A DNA stretch of 20,000 bases from an uncultured virus (IMG/VR IMGVR_UViG_3300043446_000587) (taxonomy: Duplodnaviria; Heunggongvirae; Uroviricota; Caudoviricetes): IMG/VR virus record IMGVR_UViG_3300043446_000587, one strand, 5' to 3'. The position numbers and the translations under genes are program-made. Below are positions 1 through 7,368 of this stretch, one piece after another. Below the pieces are notes generated by a model. That model was not told the DNA's origin and made no database searches. It worked only from the letters and a program-made list of their open reading frames with translations. Each line of letters begins with the position of its first letter. Position 1 is the first letter of the stretch.

Positions 1-171
1 CTTGAAGGCGACATGACTGAAGCCCAACACAAAGCCAACATCCTGATTGCCGAAACCAAAATTTTATTGAACACTCTTGTAATCATGCAAGAAAAGGAAA
101 GCCAACATGCCATACGTCAACAAGCCCCGACCCTACAAGAAAGAGTATCAGCAACAGAAGGAGCGGGGTGA
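1..171 (+). CDS. 3' end of a hypothetical phage protein (5' truncated by window edge)
   Basis: Frame +1 is open from base 1 to TGA at 169-171 (LEGDMTEAQHKANILIAETKILLNTLVIMQEKESQHAIRQQAPTLQERVSATEGAG*). It overlaps the next ORF by 65 nt. Not in the ORF track. Confidence 0.6.
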   Translation, partial: LEGDMTEAQHKANILIAETKILLNTLVIMQEKESQHAIRQQAPTLQERVSATEGAG

Positions 172-418
172 ACACGAACGTCGCATGGAGCGCCAGCGCG
201 CACGTCGAGCGATTGACAAGCGTGACACTGGCACTGTGACTAAAGAATCTCCTAGACGCAAAGGCAAAGATGTTGCACACGTCGTCGCGCTCGACAAGGG
301 TGGTACAAATAAAGACGGTACATACATCACAAGCGCCGCCGCAAATCGTTCTTTCAGACGCGACTCTAAGGGTAACCTCGTATCTGAAACAAGCAAAAAA
401 GAACGAAAAAGAACTTGA
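107..418 (+). CDS. Small basic HNH-like endonuclease family protein
   Basis: 103 aa. GKDVAHVVALDKGGTNKDG...AANRSFR resembles the DxxH..GGxN...NR pattern of phage HNH proteins. AAGGA RBS-like sequence upstream. Confidence 0.7.
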   Translation: MPYVNKPRPYKKEYQQQKERGEHERRMERQRARRAIDKRDTGTVTKESPRRKGKDVAHVVALDKGGTNKDGTYITSAAANRSFRRDSKGNLVSETSKKERKRT

Positions 419-442
419 CAAATAAAAAATCGGACTTATCAT
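415..442 (+). promoter_or_regulatory. sigma70-type promoter
   Basis: Perfect TTGACA at 415-420, AT-rich 16-nt spacer, TATCAT at 437-442 (5/6 match to TATAAT). It sits at the start of the long intergenic region. Confidence 0.7.
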
Positions 443-443
443 A

Positions 444-755
444 GTATTCAGTGCTTGGTTTGCTTTGCTGAGTACAGGCCATAAGGTGTGAGTGGGCCAG
501 AGGTTTAATTGCGCCTCGTAACCGCATCAGTCAATCGGTGGTTTAAATCCTCCCTTTCGCCGCGACAGGATTGACTGACAACCCGGAAAGACGGGTACTA
601 ACACGCATGAGTATTGTCAGGGGCTGGAAACCTCTGCGGTAGTCGCAACCTGCTGCTGTAGCAAAGGCAGTACTCAGTCGTGTTGGTGGAAAAGGGTAAC
701 GCTATGGGACGCCATAGCTATGTTGCATCGTGAGGGCTTTGCAACTGAAACAACC
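444..755 (+). ncRNA. Unclassified cluster of structured RNA elements (leader or sRNA array)
   Basis: Back-to-back helices, several with G-U pairs that favour the + strand: 444-451/468-475; 477-480/495-498; 500-503/514-517; perfect 10 bp 527-536/569-578; 581-585/592-596; 597-605/679-687 plus 608-618/666-676; 701-707/712-718; 722-727/740-745. Confidence 0.6.
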
Positions 756-884
756 TCCCACGCTCCGTTCAGGGGGAAGCACCCTGCTGATGATTGGGAC
801 ACCAACAACTTGCATAAGCCGAAGGCTCGACGGTTAATCTAATCCGTCTGAGGTATCCACCGCACCAAGAAACAGAAGCGGGGA
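756..884 (+). ncRNA. Candidate type III hammerhead ribozyme with expanded stem II
   Basis: GUU 767-769; stem I CAGGG 770-774/CCCUG 782-786; CUGAUGA 787-793; stem II UUGG 794-797/CCAA 865-868; GAAAC 869-873; stem III extension UCCC(A)CGCU 756-764/AGCGGGGA 877-884. Atypical features are a U-A pair closing stem II and a 67-nt loop II. Confidence 0.45.
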
Positions 885-906
885 CAACAAACAGTTTTGG
901 AGAAGT

Positions 907-2475
907 ATGGAAGTAGTTGAAGACAGTGCAGTGCGCTTTCAGTGTCCACCTGAAATTGCGCAAGACATCACAAAGTACATCAAGAAGTCCGAGGTGCTTT
1001 CGTCGTCGAACGGTGTCGCTGATGTTGTGGTGTATTGGGGGCTTGAAGAGATGCAACGTCTCGCGCGCCTTACCCCTAGCACAATCAAAGTCCCATCCCC
1101 TATCGAGCGTGATTACAAGTGGCCCGGAATGTACACGCCTATGGACCACCAGCGAGATACCGCACGGTTTCTTTCTTTGCATCGTCGTGCGTTTTGCTTC
1201 AATGAAGCAGGCACAGGCAAAACATCAGCGGCTATCTGGGCGGCTGACTATCTGATGAATCAGGGTGTGGTGAAGCGTGTCCTAGTCATCTGCCCCCTAT
1301 CAATCATGCAAAGCGCATGGCAAGCTGATCTGTTCAAGACAGCTATGCACAGAACATGTGCTATCGCACACGGCACGAAGCGTCGTAAAGTGATTCAAGG
1401 CGGCTACGAGTTCGTCATCATCAACTATGACGGCGTGGCGGCTGAGTTTGAAACTATCAAAGCACATGGGTTTGACCTTGTCATCATCGACGAAGCAAAC
1501 GCATACAAGAACCCAAGCACCGTGCGTTGGAAGGTTCTTGCCAAGATGATTAATCCAGACACGTATTTATGGATGATGACCGGCACTCCTGCGTCTCAGT
1601 CACCCGAAGATGCTTTTGGTCTGGCGAAGTTGGTGAACCCAAACAATGTACCGAAATATAGAACTGCGTGGAAAGAGAAAGTCATGACGCAGATTACTCG
1701 GTTCAAGTGGGTCCCAAAGTCTGATGCGCGTGACACAGTGTTTAGCGCTTTGCAACCTGCTATCCGCTACGAGAAGGCGCAGTGCGTTGACTTACCAGAG
1801 CTGACACACCAGACACGAACAGTGCCGTTGAGTCCACAGGCGGCGAAGTATTACAAGGACCTTGTGCGAGAGATGCAGATTCAAGCCGCAGGTGAGACTA
1901 TCAGCACAGTCAATGCCGCCGCCGCACTTAGCCGCTTACTTCAATTGTCGGGCGGGGCTGTCTACACCGATGATGGCAATGTGGTCGAGTTCGATGTAGC
2001 CCCACGGTTGAGCGTCTTGCATGAGGTCTTGGAAGAGTCGCCACACAAGGTGATTGTGTTTGTGCCGTACAGACACACCCTGACTCTGATAAAAAATTAT
2101 CTGGACAAACACAGCGTCAGCAACGAAGTCATCTCCGGTGATGTATCAGCTAACGAGCGATCAGCAATCTTCAATCGTTTCCAAACAACGAATGACCCAG
2201 AAGTATTACTGATTCAACCGCAAGCCGCATCACATGGTGTTACTTTGACCCGTGCTGATACGGTTGTGTTCTGGTCACCCGTCATGTCTGTCGAGACATA
2301 CTTGCAGTGCATTGCGCGTATCGACCGTATCGGACAGAAAAATTCTATGACAGTCATCCACCTTCAAGGGTCCGAGGTGGAACGGCGTATGTACACGATG
2401 TTGCAAAACAAAGTGGACATGCACGAACGACTTGTGGACCTGTATCGAGAAGAAATGGAGGAAATCAATGGTTGA
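907..2475 (+). CDS. SNF2-family (superfamily 2) helicase/ATPase
   Basis: 522 aa. Q-motif-like PMDHQ, Walker A NEAGTGKT, LVICPLS, Walker B IIDEAN, motif III MTGTP, motif V HGVTLT, motif VI QCIARIDRIGQ. GGAG RBS at 899-902. Confidence 0.93.
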   Translation: MEVVEDSAVRFQCPPEIAQDITKYIKKSEVLSSSNGVADVVVYWGLEEMQRLARLTPSTIKVPSPIERDYKWPGMYTPMDHQRDTARFLSLHRRAFCFNEAGTGKTSAAIWAADYLMNQGVVKRVLVICPLSIMQSAWQADLFKTAMHRTCAIAHGTKRRKVIQGGYEFVIINYDGVAAEFETIKAHGFDLVIIDEANAYKNPSTVRWKVLAKMINPDTYLWMMTGTPASQSPEDAFGLAKLVNPNNVPKYRTAWKEKVMTQITRFKWVPKSDARDTVFSALQPAIRYEKAQCVDLPELTHQTRTVPLSPQAAKYYKDLVREMQIQAAGETISTVNAAAALSRLLQLSGGAVYTDDGNVVEFDVAPRLSVLHEVLEESPHKVIVFVPYRHTLTLIKNYLDKHSVSNEVISGDVSANERSAIFNRFQTTNDPEVLLIQPQAASHGVTLTRADTVVFWSPVMSVETYLQCIARIDRIGQKNSMTVIHLQGSEVERRMYTMLQNKVDMHERLVDLYREEMEEING

Positions 2476-2644
2476 CCCAAACAAGTTGCAGTATTTCACG
2501 ACCGCCGCATGGCTAAGAGGATACGCTTCTGGGCTAGATGAGTATCAACACAAAACTCTTATTTTTAAATTAAACCAAGCCGCAGACCTGCTTGACCACG
2601 TGTGGAGCAGATATGTGGAAGAAGAAGGGGAAAACAATGGCTGA
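2468..2644 (+). CDS. Hypothetical protein (58 aa, MVDPNKLQYF...)
   Basis: ATG at 2468 preceded by GGAGG. Overlaps the helicase stop and the next start by 8 nt each, consistent with translational coupling. Confidence 0.7.
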   Translation: MVDPNKLQYFTTAAWLRGYASGLDEYQHKTLIFKLNQAADLLDHVWSRYVEEEGENNG

Positions 2645-3050
2645 CGCCAACGCATTAGTAGAAACCTATTTGACGATTCGCCGTGAACGTGAAAAACTCA
2701 AGGCAGAATACGAATTACAAGACTCAGAGTTGAAAGGAGACATGGAGAAAATTGAAGCAACCCTGCTATCAATCTGTAACGATCAAAATGTCAGCGGATT
2801 GAAAACTCCGCATGGCACAGTAACACGGTCAGTCAAAGAGCGATTCTTCTGTACTGACTGGGACCACTTCAAAAAGTTTGTGGAAGCAGAAGGTTCAATC
2901 GACCTTCTAGAGCGCCGCATTCATCAGAAGAACTTCAAAGAATTCATGGCTGAGAGGCAAGGCGAAGGCTTACCTCCCGGCGTGAACGCTTTGCGTGAGT
3001 ATGACATTACTGTACGCAAGGCATCAGCAACCAGTGAAACATCAGTTTAA
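2637..3050 (+). CDS. Conserved phage hypothetical protein with N-terminal coiled coil (137 aa)
   Basis: ATG at 2637 after a purine-rich RBS. YLTIRRERE coiled coil, KTPHGTV, TDWDHFKKFV, LLERRI and LPPGVN motifs are of a type common in phage replication modules. Confidence 0.8.
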   Translation: MADANALVETYLTIRREREKLKAEYELQDSELKGDMEKIEATLLSICNDQNVSGLKTPHGTVTRSVKERFFCTDWDHFKKFVEAEGSIDLLERRIHQKNFKEFMAERQGEGLPPGVNALREYDITVRKASATSETSV

Positions 3051-3061
3051 GGAACAGTATT

Positions 3062-3919
3062 ATGGCAAACGAACTTGCTACCATTCTCGGCTCTAGCGCA
3101 CTCGTCGAACTCGGTCTCGACGAAGACACCCTTGCAGTTGCAGGCGGTGCTACCAAAGGCAACAAACGTATCTCTATTGAGGGCCGTGTGTTTCGCAAAA
3201 TTGTTGGTGGTAAAGAGCAAAGCGTTAACACAGACAACGCAATGAACGTGGTCATCGTCAAGATGGCACACGACGCATCGCGCACCTACTACAACCAGAC
3301 CTACAAGAAGGGCATCAAACTGTCGCCTGCCTGCTGGTCGAACGACTCTAAGACACCTGACCCAGAGGTGAAGAACCCCTGCGCTTCATCATGCGCTGAG
3401 TGCCCACAGTCCGTCAAAGGCTCTGGTCAAGGCGGTCAGGGTACTGCATGCCGTCTGTCATGGCGCACTGCCGTGGTCTTGCCCAACGACCCCGAAGGTG
3501 ATGTGTATCAGTTGGTGCTTCCCGCTACTTCCGCTTTCGGTAAAGAAGAAAACGGACGTTGGCCTTTCCGTCCATACATCCAGATGTTGGCAAACAACAA
3601 TGTGTCTGCTGGGCGCGTTGTGACCAAGATGGAGTTCGACATTAACAGCCCCGTGCCTCGCTTGTTGTTCTCTCCAGTGGCGGCAGTGCCACCTGAGATG
3701 CGCGACGTTATCGCCCGTCAAGGCAAGAGTTCTTCCGCTGAAGCCGCTATCAAGCTGACCGTCTACAAGACCGATGCTCAAGGCGCAGAAGAAGCAGAAG
3801 CACCTGCTGAGAAGGCAATGGATGAAGTTGCACAACCAACCAAACGCGAGACTGCTAAACCCGCCGCCGCTAAAGCGGACGACGTGCAAGACGTGTTGAA
3901 GAAATGGACTAAGAAGTAA
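3062..3919 (+). CDS. Putative ssDNA-binding/annealing protein with Cys cluster
   Basis: 285 aa. PACWSND...CAECPQ...ACR could bind metal. Low-complexity Ala/Glu/Lys C-terminal linker. Lies between helicase and primase. Function is inferred from context only. Confidence 0.55.
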   Translation: MANELATILGSSALVELGLDEDTLAVAGGATKGNKRISIEGRVFRKIVGGKEQSVNTDNAMNVVIVKMAHDASRTYYNQTYKKGIKLSPACWSNDSKTPDPEVKNPCASSCAECPQSVKGSGQGGQGTACRLSWRTAVVLPNDPEGDVYQLVLPATSAFGKEENGRWPFRPYIQMLANNNVSAGRVVTKMEFDINSPVPRLLFSPVAAVPPEMRDVIARQGKSSSAEAAIKLTVYKTDAQGAEEAEAPAEKAMDEVAQPTKRETAKPAAAKADDVQDVLKKWTKK

Positions 3920-4254
3920 TGGTCAGAACGTATAGCCCCGCACTCAGAGAAGCCGTGAAAGACCCCGTGTCGTACAGACTAGGGGTTGACCTTGCAAACA
4001 CGTGCATCAAAGCAAACTTGCCAGCGCTGTATGTGGCGCAGGTCTTTGACACATCACGGCAAACCATTCACGCATGGTTCAGAGGCGGGGTTATACGCGC
4101 CAAGAAGCGCCCACGCATAGAAGTGTTTATCAGATTACTGGAGGAGGATTTGGAAAAAGGTGTCTTGCCATGCAAGAACCTTCGGGATGCAAAAGCTTAC
4201 CTACGGGACATGATTGGTAAGCCAATCAAAAAAGCATCCAAAGCGTCGGACTAA
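3919..4254 (+). CDS. Putative helix-turn-helix DNA-binding protein
   Basis: 111 aa. ALYVAQVFDTSRQTIHAWFRG fits an XRE/Cro-type HTH. TAATG coupling to the upstream gene. Confidence 0.7.
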   Translation: MVRTYSPALREAVKDPVSYRLGVDLANTCIKANLPALYVAQVFDTSRQTIHAWFRGGVIRAKKRPRIEVFIRLLEEDLEKGVLPCKNLRDAKAYLRDMIGKPIKKASKASD

Positions 4255-4270
4255 TTTAGTCTATCTAAGG

Positions 4271-4295
4271 TGGCGGGGTCACCCCCGCCGTTTTT
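4271..4295 (+). terminator. Rho-independent terminator-like hairpin
   Basis: GGCGGGG 4272-4278, loop TCAC, CCCCGCC 4283-4289, then G and TTTTT 4291-4295. Confidence 0.75.
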
Positions 4296-4307
4296 GTCTC
4301 TGCGAAC

Positions 4308-7181
4308 ATGAACCAACAATTTTTCGAGAAAGTATTGCCAACGCAGGGCAACATTTGTGTAGTAGGAATCAAGGGCGAGACAGTGCGCCCACGTTTCTTT
4401 GACAACATACCAGCCGCCATAACTCAGATGGAGGCGTTGGACAAAGATGATTTCAACACATTCTTTGCGCTAGGCACATTTGAGGGGATGAAACGCCGCG
4501 CTGATGCTTGCATCTTCATGCGTTCGTTCTTTGTGGATTTAGACTGTGGCGAAAACAAACCATACCCCGCATGGGAAGATGGCTTGATCGCATTGATGCA
4601 GTTTGTATCTGAACAAGAACTGCCACCCCCTGTCATCGTCAACTCTGGGCGCGGTATCCACGCATACTGGCCCTTTACCGAAGAAGTACCTGCAACGGTG
4701 TGGAAGCCGTACGCAGAAAAATTCAAGCAATTCTGTCTCGATAGTGGCCTACACATCGACGAGTCAGTAACAGCAGACGCCGCACGTATCTTGCGTTCAC
4801 CCGGTTCTCGTAACCTCAAGGGTGAGCCATTGCCTGTTGAAGTCATTAACGACGCCGACCCCACAGTGTTTGATGTTTGGGTTGAGATGCTTGGCGAAGT
4901 CGAGAAGCCGTTTGATTTGTCTGATGTTGCAGGTGGCCTCGACGAAGATACCAAAGCCATATATGAAAAACTCAGCGGCAACTTTGAATACAACTTCAAC
5001 AAGATTGCTGTTGACAGCTTGGAAGGAAACGGCTGTGCTCAGATTAAATTCATCCTCGAAAACGCAGACAGTTGTCCGGAGCCACTCTGGTACGCTGGAA
5101 TTTCTGTCGCCATTAGGTGTGTTGATGGCGCTTCAGCCATACATGCAATGTCGGAAGGACACCCAAACTACGACGAAGCGGAAACGGAGCGGAAAGCCGC
5201 GCAATCATTACGAGAAGCGAAGTGGTCACATAGCTGTGACGCATTCGAACGAGAGAACTCAATCAACTGCCAAGGTTGCCCACACCGCACCCGCCTCGGA
5301 AAAGTTGGGCCTATCGGACTTGGCAAAGTCCTTAAAACCGTGGCAGACAGCCCTGCCACTGACGGAGGAACAGATGGAACAGTTAACTATGAAGTACAAG
5401 ATGAAGCGGAATCAGTTCGGGACGACCCGCCTGCCAAAACGATACAGTTCCCCGATTACCTCAAACCCTTCTCAAGAGGAGTCAACGGAGGCATCTACTG
5501 GACACCCCCACTCCGATCAACCAAAAAAGGAATGGTCCAAGACCCAGACGAGCTGATTATCCCGTTCACGGTCTATCCGATTGAGCGCATGGAGAACCCA
5601 CTTGAGGGCGCTTGCATGCTGATGCAGGTTGAATTGCCGCTTGACGGTAACAAAGAGTTCATCATCAAGATGCGTGACGTTGGTGCGATTGACCGACTCA
5701 AGAACATCTTGGCAGATAACAGTATTCCGTATGAGCCTACTAACGCACCGAAGATAGCTAGCTATCTGATGAAGTGGGCGACATTCTTAACCAATGCAAA
5801 GAGAGCGAGTCTTATGCGTATGCAACAAGGTTGGACCGACGACAAGTATGAATCGTTTGTGCTCGGTCAAAACGAATACTTCCGCAACGGTGAAATCCGT
5901 CACACGCCACCCACAATCCGTTCGCGCAACGTTGTGCGTAACATCCATACAAGCGGGACGCTTGAAGGTTGGCAGAAGTCTATCAATATGTTTGGCGACC
6001 CCGGCTACGAGTGGCATGCGTTTGCAGTGCTGTGCGGCATGGCATCCCCTCTGATTGAATTCACCAACGTCAACGGTGTGATTCTGTCTTTGTATGGCGA
6101 AACAGGCTTTGGTAAAACGGGCGCACTGTATGGTGGCTTGAGCATCTGGGGACACCCCGAACGCTTGGCTGTGTACGACGCCACATCCAACGCGCTTATT
6201 GGGCGCATGATTACCTGCAAGAATATTCTTTACGGCTTGGACGAGCAGGGCAACCGTGATGGGCACACCATCTCGCACATCGCACACAACATCTCATCAG
6301 GGCAACCCAAACTGCGCATGTCTGGTTCAGATAACTCTGAGCGCGATGTGGCGTTCGTGACCAAGTTGCTTGCGATCATGACGACCAACCACCGTATGAA
6401 AGACATCATGTCTACATACAAGGGCGATACCAAAGCGGAAGAGATGCGGGTGCTTGAACCCAACTTGCGCCGCCCAAATCAGGCTGGCTATGAACTCACA
6501 GACGAGCGCGGATACGAGATGTTTGAAATGCTCAAGATGAACTACGGACACGCAGGTCCAATCCTCATTCAAGAGTACCTGCGTATCGGCCCCGTAAAAC
6601 TCAAAAACGAAATTAAGACACGGTATCTTCAGACAGGCGACAGATTCTCCAACAGCGCCGAGTACCGCTTCCTATCAAACTTAAGAACGGTGACTGCCTA
6701 TGCAGGAGAGATTGCCTCAAATCTTGGACTCATTAACTGGGACTTGGACAGAGTTTTTAGCGTCATCGACCACGACCTTGAAAACATCATCGCTGGAAAA
6801 GCTGACGATGAAAACGACCGTGCGGAAAACATCCTTGGTGACTTTATTAGTAAAAACATTCAAAACGCATTGGTACTCAAAGACTTCAAAGTTGTGATCG
6901 AACCGAAGCAAGCGTTGAACATCCGTGCCGAAGTGGACGAAGGCGAGATGTGGATTTCCACCTCGGCTATGAAAGAGCATCTCAAGTTGCAACGTCTGAG
7001 TGTTAGCTGGTTTGAAGAGCAACTGCACAAGCGTGGCATGCTGAAATGCAAAGAGCGCAAGCAGATGGCGGCAGGCTGGAAGTCAGGTCTTGGGCACACC
7101 AACATGCAGGCGTACAAACTCAACATGAAGATTGACCACCTGTTCAAGCATGACGAAACCGAAACAGATCAGACCGCTTGA
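4308..7181 (+). CDS. Primase-helicase fusion: N-terminal AEP/RepB-like primase, Cys-rich middle domain, C-terminal DUF927-like P-loop helicase
   Basis: 957 aa. FFVDLDC (DxD), VNSGRGIHAYW, D..VTADAARILR.PG; QQGW motif; Walker A GETGFGKT; Walker B-like YGLDE. Confidence 0.88.
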   Translation: MNQQFFEKVLPTQGNICVVGIKGETVRPRFFDNIPAAITQMEALDKDDFNTFFALGTFEGMKRRADACIFMRSFFVDLDCGENKPYPAWEDGLIALMQFVSEQELPPPVIVNSGRGIHAYWPFTEEVPATVWKPYAEKFKQFCLDSGLHIDESVTADAARILRSPGSRNLKGEPLPVEVINDADPTVFDVWVEMLGEVEKPFDLSDVAGGLDEDTKAIYEKLSGNFEYNFNKIAVDSLEGNGCAQIKFILENADSCPEPLWYAGISVAIRCVDGASAIHAMSEGHPNYDEAETERKAAQSLREAKWSHSCDAFERENSINCQGCPHRTRLGKVGPIGLGKVLKTVADSPATDGGTDGTVNYEVQDEAESVRDDPPAKTIQFPDYLKPFSRGVNGGIYWTPPLRSTKKGMVQDPDELIIPFTVYPIERMENPLEGACMLMQVELPLDGNKEFIIKMRDVGAIDRLKNILADNSIPYEPTNAPKIASYLMKWATFLTNAKRASLMRMQQGWTDDKYESFVLGQNEYFRNGEIRHTPPTIRSRNVVRNIHTSGTLEGWQKSINMFGDPGYEWHAFAVLCGMASPLIEFTNVNGVILSLYGETGFGKTGALYGGLSIWGHPERLAVYDATSNALIGRMITCKNILYGLDEQGNRDGHTISHIAHNISSGQPKLRMSGSDNSERDVAFVTKLLAIMTTNHRMKDIMSTYKGDTKAEEMRVLEPNLRRPNQAGYELTDERGYEMFEMLKMNYGHAGPILIQEYLRIGPVKLKNEIKTRYLQTGDRFSNSAEYRFLSNLRTVTAYAGEIASNLGLINWDLDRVFSVIDHDLENIIAGKADDENDRAENILGDFISKNIQNALVLKDFKVVIEPKQALNIRAEVDEGEMWISTSAMKEHLKLQRLSVSWFEEQLHKRGMLKCKERKQMAAGWKSGLGHTNMQAYKLNMKIDHLFKHDETETDQTA

Positions 7182-7368
7182 TGAGCCGTTGTGGGATTTG
7201 CCATACGAGGTGATGGAAGTTGGCGACAGCTTCTTTATACCGACTCTGAAGCCCGCATACTTAACGTATGTGATTGATACGACCTCCAAAAAGGCTGGCT
7301 ACAAGGTCAAGGTGTTTACCGTGACTGAGAAGGGCCTTCTTGGGGTTCGTGCTTGGCGGGTTGGTTAA
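7150..7368 (+). CDS. Small conserved phage protein (72 aa), possibly DNA-binding
   Basis: ATG at 7150 overlaps the primase end. LPYEVMEVGDSFFIP...GVRAWRV is a pattern common in small phage proteins. Confidence 0.75.
   Translation: MTKPKQIRPLDEPLWDLPYEVMEVGDSFFIPTLKPAYLTYVIDTTSKKAGYKVKVFTVTEKGLLGVRAWRVG

Noticed and set aside
741..799. Alternative type II hammerhead using GAAAC at 747-751 with CUGAUGA 787-793
   Set aside because: Stem II cannot form next to the core (U746 faces U794) and stem III would be only 2 bp. The type III arrangement using GAAAC 869-873 fits better.
444..900. Canonical tRNA genes or a CRISPR array in the intergenic region
   Set aside because: No GTTCRA T-loop within a proper cloverleaf, and no regularly spaced direct repeats.
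107..900. HEARO/IscB-like RNA-guided nuclease (HNH gene next to structured RNA)
   Set aside because: The HNH-like protein is only 103 aa with no RuvC or PLMP motifs, and the RNA has its own promoter and leads into the helicase gene. Adjacency alone is insufficient.
769..1182. 137-aa minus-strand ORF, and the ORFs at 83-442 and 148-396
   Set aside because: Antisense to well-supported genes, with no recognisable motifs.
4424..7147. Minus-strand ORFs within the primase-helicase (e.g. 4424-5002, 5787-6287)
   Set aside because: Antisense shadow frames with no supporting signals.
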